Positions 29,367 to 38,404 of a stretch of 64,000 nucleotides of DNA are shown here, one piece after another. The first letter of the stretch is position 1, and each line of letters opens with the position of its first letter. The notes beneath the pieces were generated by a model. That model was not told the DNA's origin, searched no databases, and saw nothing but the letters and a program-made list of their open reading frames with translations. The stretch comes from an uncultured Dehalococcoidia bacterium (GTDB lineage: Bacteria; Chloroflexota; Dehalococcoidia; GIF9; UBA5629): NCBI GenBank assembly GCA_937975645.1, contig CALJTV010000009.1, positions 24,850-88,849 of the forward strand, given 5' to 3'. A program made the translations under genes and the position numbers.

Positions 29367-30734
29367 ATGCCGCTCAAAGGTACTGATATTGTAAAGAAGC
29401 TGCCTGATGGAGGGAAGAAGAATTGCAAGGAATGTGGGTTCCCGACTTGTTTTGCCTTTGCGATGAAGCTGGCAGCGGCTGGCACCACGCTGGACAAGTG
29501 TCCTTACCTCGCTGCCGATGTCAAAGCTGAACTTGAGGAGGCACTGGCGCCACCCATAAAGTTGGTGACCATTGGCAAAGGAGGCGCTGCACTTCAAATT
29601 GGGAATGAAGAGGTGATCTATCGCCACGAGAAGACTTTTATTCACCCACCTGGTATCGGCTTGCTCATCTCGGACAAAGAACCGGAAACCACGGTTGGTG
29701 ACAAATTAGCAAAAGTGAAGGAGCTGCAGTTCCCTTGGGTGGGACGCGTTCTGAAAGCAGATGTTCTGGCTTTACAGTCCCAGTCCGGAGACAAAAGCAA
29801 ATTTGAGGCTCTGGTGAAACGTGCCTGCGATACCACTGATTTGCCGCTGGTGCTGATTTCAGAGGATGTCGATGTCCTGCTCTCTGGATACCAGCTTTGT
29901 AGTGAAAGGAAGCCGTTACTTTACCCGGTCACCAAGGAAAATATAGAAAAGATTATCGCAGCTGTCAAAAATAAACCGACCCCTCTAGCGGTCAGGGGTA
30001 GTAGCGTCGAAGAGTTGGTGCCATTGACGATTAAACTTAAGGAAGCTGGGCTTGAGGAGATTGTTCTTGACCCCGGTTCGAGAAACTTTAGAGATGCTGT
30101 GCGGGATCAGACGTTGATAAGACGGGCAGCCCTAAAACAGAACTTCAAACCACTGGGTTATCCCACAATCGGTTTCCCGTGTTTCATGAGCAACGATGAA
30201 GTGAAGCAGGTTCTTCTGGCTGCCATGTTTGTTATCAAGTACCCGGGCATTATTATTCTTTCGGATTTTGACCAGTATTCGCTGTTGCCCTTACTGGTGC
30301 AGAGACTAAATATCTACACTGATCCTAGAATTCCAATGTCGGTGGAGCAGAAGATCTACGAAATAGGTGAGCCGACTTCTGAATCCCCTGTGTTGATCAC
30401 CAGCAACTGGGCATTGACCTATTTCATCGTTGCCTCTGAGATTGAAGGCAGCAAAGTCCCGTCGTGGTTGCTGGTTAAGGACACAGAGGGGCTGGGTGTG
30501 CTCACTGGTTGGGCTGCAGGTAAATTCTCGGGAGATTCTATAGGGCCATTTGTCAAAAAGAGTGGAATAGAAGAGAAAGTGAGACACAGGCGGCTTGTCA
30601 TCCCTGGCAAAGTGGCACGGATCAAAGGTGAACTGGAGGAGGCTTTGCCCGGCTGGGAGATAATTGTTGGTCCCAGGGAGGCAAGTGAAATACCAGCTTA
30701 TTTGCCCAACCTAGTTCAGAAGTGGAAGAACTGA
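29367..30734 (+). CDS. acsC: corrinoid iron-sulfur protein large subunit (AcsC/CdhE)
   Basis: N-terminal [4Fe-4S] motif CKECGFPTCFAFAMKLAAAGTTLDKCP followed by TIM-barrel and B12-binding domains. Confidence 0.9.
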   Translation: MPLKGTDIVKKLPDGGKKNCKECGFPTCFAFAMKLAAAGTTLDKCPYLAADVKAELEEALAPPIKLVTIGKGGAALQIGNEEVIYRHEKTFIHPPGIGLLISDKEPETTVGDKLAKVKELQFPWVGRVLKADVLALQSQSGDKSKFEALVKRACDTTDLPLVLISEDVDVLLSGYQLCSERKPLLYPVTKENIEKIIAAVKNKPTPLAVRGSSVEELVPLTIKLKEAGLEEIVLDPGSRNFRDAVRDQTLIRRAALKQNFKPLGYPTIGFPCFMSNDEVKQVLLAAMFVIKYPGIIILSDFDQYSLLPLLVQRLNIYTDPRIPMSVEQKIYEIGEPTSESPVLITSNWALTYFIVASEIEGSKVPSWLLVKDTEGLGVLTGWAAGKFSGDSIGPFVKKSGIEEKVRHRRLVIPGKVARIKGELEEALPGWEIIVGPREASEIPAYLPNLVQKWKN

Positions 30735-31207
30735 AGGCAGAACTGGCTGATATTCTGGAACCGAGCAAAAGGGACAGGCGGTTTCTGATTTCGCTCCTTC
30801 AGGAAATCCAGCAGAGGCTAGGTTATCTACCCGAAGATGCGATGTTAGCCCTGGCTGATTTTTTAGGTGTGCCGGGGAGCACGGTCTATGGTGTAGCCAC
30901 TTTTTACAACCAGTTCCGTTTCGCACCCCAGGGCAAGCATCAGGTAAAAGTGTGTATGGGCACTGCCTGCCACCTTGCTGGTGGGCAGCTTGTTCTTGAG
31001 GCTATGTCACGCGAGCTGCAGGTGGATGTCGGCGGGGTTACTCCTGACAGAACGTTTGGCTTGGAAAGGGTTGCTTGTGTTGGCTGTTGCGCACTGGCTC
31101 CAGTGGTGGTCATAAACGGTGCTGTTTACCCCAGGATGAGCCCTCCGAAAGTGGAGGAGGTTCTGGTGAACATAAAGTTAGGCAATCGGGAACATACGAT
31201 CGAGTAG
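30722..31207 (+). CDS. NuoE/HoxE-like thioredoxin-fold [2Fe-2S] protein
   Basis: Cys ligands in the C(x4)C...C(x3)C arrangement (CMGTACHLAGG...CVGCCALAP). GTG start overlaps acsC by 13 nt. Confidence 0.8.
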   Translation: MEELKAELADILEPSKRDRRFLISLLQEIQQRLGYLPEDAMLALADFLGVPGSTVYGVATFYNQFRFAPQGKHQVKVCMGTACHLAGGQLVLEAMSRELQVDVGGVTPDRTFGLERVACVGCCALAPVVVINGAVYPRMSPPKVEEVLVNIKLGNREHTIE

Positions 31208-31253
31208 TGTTGACTCCGCCCACAGCATGTAGTTCTTCTGTGTAAATTTTTCA

Positions 31254-33134
31254 ATGGTCTTCGATGAGATTCTGAGACGTGCCAAACAAGAATGGGAGTC
31301 GTTCTGTTGTGGTGATGTTCCCAGGATTCTTGTTGGTACAGCCACCTGTGGTCGTGCTGCTGGTGCCCTAGCTGTTGTTGAAGCTCTAAAAAAAGAGCTG
31401 GAGAGATGCAAACTCCAGGCAACTATAACAGAGGTGGGGTGTATAGGTCTTTGTTCGTTCGAGCCTTTGGTAACCATTATTAAGCCGAATTACTTCACCG
31501 TTTGTTACCACAATGTAACTCCTCAGAAAGTCCCGGTGCTTATTGAAAGCTGTATTGCTAATGATGACCCGTGTCTTGATTTAGCTCTTGGGACGGTTGA
31601 CAGAGATGAACGAGGGGCAGTCTACATCCCTGAGTTACCGCGTTTTGAGCATGAGTACCGTGTTCTTTTGCGGAATTGTGGCTATATTGACCCAAGTAAT
31701 CTAAGTCACTATGTTGCCAACGGCGGTTATGGAGGGCTGAAAAAAGCGTTGGGAATGGCACCAGAGGCTGTCATTGAAGAAGTCAAACTCTCCGGGCTGC
31801 GAGGGCGGGGAGGTGCTGGCTTTCCTACGGGTAGGAAATGGGAGCTATGCCGAAAAGCTTCGGATGAGCCCAAATATGTCATCTGTAATGCTGATGAAGG
31901 AGACCCAGGTGCCTTTATGGACAGAGTGCTTCTAGAGAGCGACCCTTATGCGGTGGTGGAAGGCATGACCATCGCTGCATATGCTGTCGGAGCCAAACAG
32001 GGGTTTGTGTATATTCGGGCTGAGTACCCTTTGGCTGTTGAGCGTTTGGAGGCTGCTTTGCATCAGGCGGAAGAATTGGGGCTATTGGGGGAAAATATAC
32101 TTGGCAAGGGATTCGATTTCAGCATTGAGATTGCTAAGGGTGCAGGTGCATTTGTTTCAGGCGAAGAAACTGCGTTAATACATGCAATTGAAGGCAGAAG
32201 AAGCGTACCGCGTGTGAGGCCCCCTTACCCGGCTGAGAAAGGCTTATGGGGCAAACCTACATTGATCAACAATGTCAAAACCTTTGCTTCTGTGCCGCCA
32301 ATTATTGATAAGAGCGCAGGCTGGTTTTCCAGCATAGGCACAGAGAGCAGCAAGGGCACTGCCATGTTTGCCTTGGCTGGCAAACTGGTTAATACTGGTT
32401 TGGTGGAGGTGGCGATGGGGACGACCCTGCGAAAACTCATCTTCGACATTGGCGGTGGCATCCGTGGTGGCAAAAGATTTAAAGCAGTCCAAATTGGAGG
32501 ACCATCTGGCGGTTGTCTGCCAGAGTCTATGCTTGATGTCCCGGTGGATTTTGACTCCTTGCGGCAGGCGGGGGCGATCATGGGTTCCGGGGGTATCATC
32601 GTCATGGATGAAGACAACTGTATGGTGGACACTGCCAAATTTTTTCTTGACTTTATCCAGAAAGAGTCTTGTGGTAAGTGTTCTACCTGCCGTATTGGCA
32701 CTAAACACTTGCTAAACATACTCGAGGATATTACAGCGGGGCGGGGAAAAATCGATGACCTGAACCTGCTGGCCGAACTATGTGAAGATATAAGAGGGGG
32801 TTCTCTGTGTGGTCTTGGTCGCACTGCACCGAATCCAGTGTTAACCACGTTGAGGTATTTCAGGGGCGAATATGAGGCACACGTCTTGGAAAAGAAGTGC
32901 TCGGCGCTGGTGTGCAAGGACTTAATTGCTTACTATATATTACCGGATAAATGCGAACGTGGCTGCGAGCATTGTGTGCTCGCATGTCCAGCAAAGGCGA
33001 TAAGCCCTGGCAGGGGGGGTGTGAAGGTTATAGACCAGAGCAAGTGTACCAAGTGTGGTAGTTGCCAGCTTGTTTGTCCCCCAGAGTACAGCGCGGTGGT
33101 AAAGGTCTCACCGGTGAGTTCATTACCTCGATAG
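31254..33134 (+). CDS. NuoF/HoxF-like NAD(P)H-binding flavoprotein with N-terminal [2Fe-2S] domain and C-terminal 2x[4Fe-4S] domain
   Basis: FMN/NADH site (GRGGAGFPTGRKWE), [4Fe-4S] N3 motif (ESCGKCSTCRIG) and C-terminal ferredoxin motifs (CERGCEHCVLACP; CTKCGSCQLVCP). Confidence 0.9.
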   Translation: MVFDEILRRAKQEWESFCCGDVPRILVGTATCGRAAGALAVVEALKKELERCKLQATITEVGCIGLCSFEPLVTIIKPNYFTVCYHNVTPQKVPVLIESCIANDDPCLDLALGTVDRDERGAVYIPELPRFEHEYRVLLRNCGYIDPSNLSHYVANGGYGGLKKALGMAPEAVIEEVKLSGLRGRGGAGFPTGRKWELCRKASDEPKYVICNADEGDPGAFMDRVLLESDPYAVVEGMTIAAYAVGAKQGFVYIRAEYPLAVERLEAALHQAEELGLLGENILGKGFDFSIEIAKGAGAFVSGEETALIHAIEGRRSVPRVRPPYPAEKGLWGKPTLINNVKTFASVPPIIDKSAGWFSSIGTESSKGTAMFALAGKLVNTGLVEVAMGTTLRKLIFDIGGGIRGGKRFKAVQIGGPSGGCLPESMLDVPVDFDSLRQAGAIMGSGGIIVMDEDNCMVDTAKFFLDFIQKESCGKCSTCRIGTKHLLNILEDITAGRGKIDDLNLLAELCEDIRGGSLCGLGRTAPNPVLTTLRYFRGEYEAHVLEKKCSALVCKDLIAYYILPDKCERGCEHCVLACPAKAISPGRGGVKVIDQSKCTKCGSCQLVCPPEYSAVVKVSPVSSLPR

Positions 33135-33294
33135 TAAGGATGTGCTATATCTGTAAAACGGCCGGACAAAGAAATTTGCTAGCTTTTTCAGATTAGGCAG
33201 AAGCACTTTTTCTGGATATAATACCTAATTGGTTTTGGGTTGTGCTGGTGATTACAGCATAGTTACTAATTTCTTAAACGGAAAGGAGGCCATT

Positions 33295-34050
33295 ATGGCG
33301 GTGACTATTGTAGTGGCGGGGAAGGGTGGGGTGGGCAAGACAGCAGTGGCTGCATTGCTTATAGAGTCTTTGTCGAAAAAGGGGGTGGTACTGGCTATAG
33401 ATGCCGACCCGAGCACAAATTTGAATCTTGCCTTGGGGCTACCTCTAGGCGAGACGGTGGGTAAGGCTAGGGAAGATATTACCGAAGCGATTCAGAAGGG
33501 TACCCTCTCGCCGACTGTTTCCAAACAGGATGTGCTGGACATGAAGATACGAGAGGCGCTGGTCGAGTCGAATAAGATCGACCTGCTAGCAATGGGTAGA
33601 CCTGAGGGGCCGGGATGTTATTGTGCCGCTAATCATATGCTACGGCTTACTATAGACAGACTAGCCAAAAGTTATGATTACACTGTCATTGATTCAGAGG
33701 CAGGGATGGAGCATATAAGTCGTCAGACGACTCGAGATGTGGATGTACTAATCATAGTTTCGGATGTTACCATACGAGGCATAATGGCAGCTGCCAGGAT
33801 GAAGGAGCTCATAAAGGAGCTGAGGACCAAAGTGGGCAAAATAGTTCTGGTGGTCAACAGGTCAAGAGATGGCTTGCCCCAAGAGATACAAGATGCTATT
33901 CAGAAATACGGGCTGGAGCTAATTGGTGTCATTCCCGAAGACCCATATATAGGTGAGCTTGATATGAAGGGGAGTCCTTTGATCGAGCTTCCAGGAGAAT
34001 CCCCCTTAAGACGTGGGGTTGAGGATATAATTACTAAACTTGGTCTATGA
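33295..34050 (+). CDS. cooC: CODH nickel-insertion accessory ATPase (CooC/AcsF, MinD-family)
   Basis: Begins MAVTIVVAGKGGVGKT (deviant Walker A). About 250 aa. Own promoter-like TATAAT upstream; the ATG follows a GGAAAGGAGG RBS. Confidence 0.85.
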   Translation: MAVTIVVAGKGGVGKTAVAALLIESLSKKGVVLAIDADPSTNLNLALGLPLGETVGKAREDITEAIQKGTLSPTVSKQDVLDMKIREALVESNKIDLLAMGRPEGPGCYCAANHMLRLTIDRLAKSYDYTVIDSEAGMEHISRQTTRDVDVLIIVSDVTIRGIMAAARMKELIKELRTKVGKIVLVVNRSRDGLPQEIQDAIQKYGLELIGVIPEDPYIGELDMKGSPLIELPGESPLRRGVEDIITKLGL

Positions 34051-34087
34051 TCGGTTTCCATTTTCATATCTTGAGAGGTTCTGTTCC

Positions 34088-34501
34088 ATGGGTTCTAAAG
34101 GAAAGAAATTGGTCAGCTTGCGTGAGATAGAGGGGGTAGTAAGCCCTCATCAGCGCCAGATAGATTCTGCGCTGGCAGCACGAAAAGAGGCTCTGGAGTA
34201 CGTCAAAGATGTGGCCGGGCTAGCAAAGTACATTGGAGGTAAAGTTGAGTCGCTCGGGATCGGCGAAGACTGGGCTTTGTGTAAGCGGATATTTCCGGGT
34301 GTAACGGTGTATTTCGTCTTCACCAAGTCTGACGAAGAATTTCCTAGTAGCTTGAAGGTCCTTTTTTCGGGCAGAAGAATAAGCGTTATGAAAGGCGAGG
34401 ACCTCGCGGGGTTCGTCATACTCTATGTAAATCACATGCTCAGGTATATTAGAGAAACGATGGCAAACGAGACGCTGCCTGAAGTATGCTACAGAGTATA
34501 A
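34088..34501 (+). CDS. DUF3786-like protein commonly found in CODH/ACS gene clusters
   Basis: About 138 aa immediately after cooC. My recollection of this family co-occurring with acs genes supports the call. Start chosen at the ATG after a GAGAGG RBS; an alternative start at 34040 is possible. Confidence 0.5.
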   Translation: MGSKGKKLVSLREIEGVVSPHQRQIDSALAARKEALEYVKDVAGLAKYIGGKVESLGIGEDWALCKRIFPGVTVYFVFTKSDEEFPSSLKVLFSGRRISVMKGEDLAGFVILYVNHMLRYIRETMANETLPEVCYRV

Positions 34502-34553
34502 AATTACAGGCAGTTTATGAAAATAGATGGCATAGCAATCCCTTCCCGATTCA

Positions 34554-36188
34554 CTAGCCGGCTCTACCAAACTCTTTTTCCAACTCGTGAGAGCTCAGGT
34601 GGACCATGGTTGGTCTACCATGGGGACATGTTTGTGGTTGTGATGTCCTCTCCAATTGTCTGATCAGCCCTATCATCTCTTCAAAGGAAAGGTTGTCTCC
34701 AGCTTTAACTGCGCTATGGCAAGCTATGGCTAGCGCTATCCTCTCGGCAAGTCTTTCAAGCCCCGTTTCGCTCTCTAGCGATTCTATCAGGTTATGAACT
34801 GTCTCAATAAAGCTTGTTCCTTTCATCATCGCAGGCACCGCTCTCAACAGGTAAACTCTTATTCCAAAGGGTTCTAGTTTTATGCCGAACTGTTCCAGTA
34901 ACTTACCATGAGCTTTAACAAGTTGGTCATGTTTGGAGTCTAGCTCTAGACAGACTGGCTCTAGAAGCCCTTGTATTTCCACCTTTTGTCGCGAGTGCTG
35001 TTCCAGTATCCTTTCGAATAAGACCCGTTCGTGAGCGGCATGCTGGTCTATCAGGAAAAGACCGTTAACTCCTTCGGCAATTATGTAGGTATTCGCTAGT
35101 TGTCCTATTACTCTGAGGATGTGAATACCGGGCATATCGTTCTGTGAGGTCAGCAGATATCGTGTCGATGATCCTGGTTGTATGTATAGCATTTTAGCGC
35201 CGGAAACTGTCTCCAGTCTCCTCCGCACAGAGTGGCGAACGAATGTGAATATGGCATGACTGTCATGGAATTTGACCTCTGCCTTCGCGGGGTGGACGTT
35301 CACGTCCATTTCTTGTGGAGGCAAGGAAAGGTTCAAAATCACAATAGGATATCTCTCAGACATTAACCAGCCGTGATAGGCTTCTTCTGTAGCGCGGGTG
35401 AGAATGTTGCTGTGAACCCAGCGACGGTTGACAAAAAAGTCCATATGACTTCGTGTAGAGCGGCTCAGTGAAGGTGGGCTGAGAAAGCCAGAGATAAGCA
35501 AAGAGCCTTGCTTTTCCCGGATCTCGATCATTTGTTTCACAAAGTCGGAGCTGTAAATAATGGAGAGCACATCTTGGAGCTCTCCATTGCCAGGCGTTGA
35601 TAGAACTTCGTGCCCCTCGAGCAGAAGACGGAACTTCACTTCAGGAAAAGCTAGCGCATAGTGATAGACGGTGTCTGCTATATGCCCGTTTTCAGTAGCT
35701 GCCGACTTCAGAAACTTCAGTCGAGCCGGGAAATTTCGGAACAGGTGACGTACGGTAACGGATGTACCTCGGCGATAGCTTCGAGTCTCTTTTTTAATTA
35801 TGGCTCCGTTTTCTACCAGAACAAAGGTGCCAGTATCATCTTCTTCAGTTTTGGTCACCATCTCCACCTGTGATACTGCTGCTATGCTTGGCAAAGCTTC
35901 GCCGCGGAACCCAAGCGTAACTATTCTCTGCAGGTCGTCCAGTGTGCTGATCTTGCTAGTGGCGTAACGTTCAAAAGCGAGGTTTATTTGGCTTTTGGGG
36001 ATGCCGCTACCATTGTCGCTGACCCTGATTAGTTTCAGCCCACTGCCTTGTGCTTCTACCAAGACCTCTGTGGCACAGGCGTCAAGAGAGTTTTCTATCA
36101 GTTCTTTGACCACCGATGCAGGGCGTTCCACAATTTCGCCAGCAGCAATCTTGGCGATTACCTCTTGTGGCAGTACCTTAATTGGCAT
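34554..36188 (-). CDS. mutL: DNA mismatch repair protein MutL
   Basis: GHKL ATPase N-terminus (IAAGEIVERPASVVKELIENSLDA ... DNGSGI) and C-terminal dimerisation domain. Confidence 0.9.
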   Translation of the reverse strand: MPIKVLPQEVIAKIAAGEIVERPASVVKELIENSLDACATEVLVEAQGSGLKLIRVSDNGSGIPKSQINLAFERYATSKISTLDDLQRIVTLGFRGEALPSIAAVSQVEMVTKTEEDDTGTFVLVENGAIIKKETRSYRRGTSVTVRHLFRNFPARLKFLKSAATENGHIADTVYHYALAFPEVKFRLLLEGHEVLSTPGNGELQDVLSIIYSSDFVKQMIEIREKQGSLLISGFLSPPSLSRSTRSHMDFFVNRRWVHSNILTRATEEAYHGWLMSERYPIVILNLSLPPQEMDVNVHPAKAEVKFHDSHAIFTFVRHSVRRRLETVSGAKMLYIQPGSSTRYLLTSQNDMPGIHILRVIGQLANTYIIAEGVNGLFLIDQHAAHERVLFERILEQHSRQKVEIQGLLEPVCLELDSKHDQLVKAHGKLLEQFGIKLEPFGIRVYLLRAVPAMMKGTSFIETVHNLIESLESETGLERLAERIALAIACHSAVKAGDNLSFEEMIGLIRQLERTSQPQTCPHGRPTMVHLSSHELEKEFGRAG

Positions 36189-36238
36189 TTTAATCCATTC
36201 TGCAGGTTGAAGAGTGTGTGTAAGTAAAAAACAGGACT

Positions 36239-38398
36239 CTAAAGTTTTTCAATCGGCGCCAAGCTAGCCAGCAATTTCTTGACCCCTGTGGTTGTGAAGG
36301 CTACAGTTATCTCCTGGTCATTGTCTGAAGTCAAACAGTCTATGACTATCCCGTCCCCGAACAATCTGTGGTGGATCCGATCCCCAACTTCAAGTTTTAT
36401 GAAATTGTCTGCCTTAGCTGGTTTCACTGAATAGATACTGGTTACTGGAGTAAACGCATCTTCTTTTTCTTGCCAGCTTGTTTTATGTATTGCGAGTTCT
36501 GATGGTATGTCTTTCAAAAACCTCGAAGGTGTAGTCCGAGAGCTACCACCGAATAAACTGCGTCGCAAGGCGTACGACAGATAGGCTCTTTTTTGGGCGC
36601 GGGTTATGCCTACATAGCATAGACGTCGTTCTTCTTCCACCTCGTCGGGACTGGCTGATTTGCGATGGGGCAAAAGTCCTTCTTCCATACCGGTAATGAA
36701 GACTACTGGAAATTCTAGTCCCTTTGCTTGGTGGAGTGTTATTAAGGTGACAGCATTTGTTCGTTCGTCCAGCTCGTCTGTATCTTGCACCAAGCTCACC
36801 TTTTCTAAAAACTGAGCCAGTCCTTCGGGGGGATCCAGAGAATCGTATTCTCTGGCTACAGCAGTGAGTTCCATAATATTTTCCCAACGTTCATCGCCGT
36901 TTTCTTGTTCGCAGATGTAAGCTTTGTATCCGGTCTTCCGAAGTAGCTCCTCTATAAGTGCTGAGAGCTTTAGCTCACGGCTCCGGACAGTGAGTTCCTC
37001 AATTAAATCTACAAAGCAAGAAACTGCGTAACTGGAGCGTGGCGTTAACACAATCCCATCTCTTTGTGCAGCTTTTTTCACGGCATGGTAGAGAGGGGTA
37101 TTCTCTTTCTTAGCCCAGGCTGATATTTCGGCTGATGTTCGCTGCCCAATTCCCCTGGCAGGCACATTTATTATGCGCATAAGACTTATGCTGTCGTTTT
37201 GATTGTATATCACCCTCAAGTAAGCAATAATGTCTTTAATCTCTTGCCTCTGATAGAACCTGATGCCACCAACCAGCTTGTATGGTATACCATAGCGTAT
37301 AAGTGTCTCCTCGAGGGCTCTTGATTGGGCGTTGACCCGGTACATGACAGCGCAACCGCTAAATTTTGTGATGTTTTCGCTGACAAGTTGCTCTATTTCT
37401 CTGGCAACGAACCGTGCCTCGTCTTCTTCATCGAAGGTTTCGATTATGGTTATCGGTGTTCCTATTTCATTCTCTGTCCACAGCCTTTTGGGCTTTCGCT
37501 GGAAGTTAGCCGAAATGATATTTGAAGCTACGTCCAAAATGATCTTGGTGGAACGGTAGTTTTGTTCCAAGTAAGCGACAGTCGTATCAGGGTAGTCTTT
37601 CTCAAAGCTCAAGATATTGCGCAGGTCGGCGAATCGCCAGGAGTAGATGGACTGGTCGGGATCGCCGACAACGCAGATGTTGCGGTGTTTCTCACCGATT
37701 TGTTTTATGAGCATGTACTGAGTTAAATTGGTATCTTGAAACTCGTCCACCAGGATGTGCTTATATCGGGACTGATATCGCGATAGCACCTCTTTATGTT
37801 CAGTGAAGAGCTGCACTGTTTTCATCAGCAGGTCGTCAAAGTCTACCCCGTGGCTTTGGTCAAGAGACTGCTGATACCGCTCGTAGACTCGCTGGACAAT
37901 TTCTTCGTAGTAGTTACTGATCTGTTTGGCGTAATCGGCTGGGGTCAACAGCCGGCTTTTGGCATACTTTATGGCCGACTGGATAGCTCTCGGGCTAAAT
38001 TGTCTCGGATCGAGGTTGAGTTCTTGCAGGCTCTGCTTGATCATGTTGAGTTGATCATCTTCATCGTGGATTACAAACCTCGGACTAAGTCCGATGGCAC
38101 TGCCATCCTGGCGAAGGATACCAGCGCATATAGCGTGGAAGGTGCCCACTGTGAGTGACCGAGAAACCTGTCCTAGAAGTGTTTCCAGACGGTACTTCAT
38201 CTCCTTTGCTGCCTTATTGGTGAAGGTGACTGCCATAATATGGCGAGGACTGATACCACAAACTTTTACCAGATACGCGATGCGGTGCGTAATGACACGA
38301 GTTTTGCCACTGCCAGGTCCAGCGATGATAAGCAAAGGTCCGCTTATTACCTCTACAGCCCGTCTCTGAGCTGGATTGAGTCCATCCAGTATGTCCAT
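36239..38398 (-). CDS. uvrD: ATP-dependent DNA helicase (UvrD/PcrA family)
   Basis: Superfamily-1 helicase motifs (AGPGSGKTRVITHRIAYL; VDEFQDTN; VGDPDQSIY). 719 aa. Confidence 0.9.
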   Translation of the reverse strand: MDILDGLNPAQRRAVEVISGPLLIIAGPGSGKTRVITHRIAYLVKVCGISPRHIMAVTFTNKAAKEMKYRLETLLGQVSRSLTVGTFHAICAGILRQDGSAIGLSPRFVIHDEDDQLNMIKQSLQELNLDPRQFSPRAIQSAIKYAKSRLLTPADYAKQISNYYEEIVQRVYERYQQSLDQSHGVDFDDLLMKTVQLFTEHKEVLSRYQSRYKHILVDEFQDTNLTQYMLIKQIGEKHRNICVVGDPDQSIYSWRFADLRNILSFEKDYPDTTVAYLEQNYRSTKIILDVASNIISANFQRKPKRLWTENEIGTPITIIETFDEEDEARFVAREIEQLVSENITKFSGCAVMYRVNAQSRALEETLIRYGIPYKLVGGIRFYQRQEIKDIIAYLRVIYNQNDSISLMRIINVPARGIGQRTSAEISAWAKKENTPLYHAVKKAAQRDGIVLTPRSSYAVSCFVDLIEELTVRSRELKLSALIEELLRKTGYKAYICEQENGDERWENIMELTAVAREYDSLDPPEGLAQFLEKVSLVQDTDELDERTNAVTLITLHQAKGLEFPVVFITGMEEGLLPHRKSASPDEVEEERRLCYVGITRAQKRAYLSYALRRSLFGGSSRTTPSRFLKDIPSELAIHKTSWQEKEDAFTPVTSIYSVKPAKADNFIKLEVGDRIHHRLFGDGIVIDCLTSDNDQEITVAFTTTGVKKLLASLAPIEKL

Positions 38399-38404
38399 AG
38401 GTGT

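Noticed and set aside
32225-32917. Minus-strand 230-aa and 154-aa ORFs inside the NuoF-like gene.
   Set aside because: They are antisense to a gene with unmistakable FMN and Fe-S motifs. They are Pro/Ser-rich artefacts.
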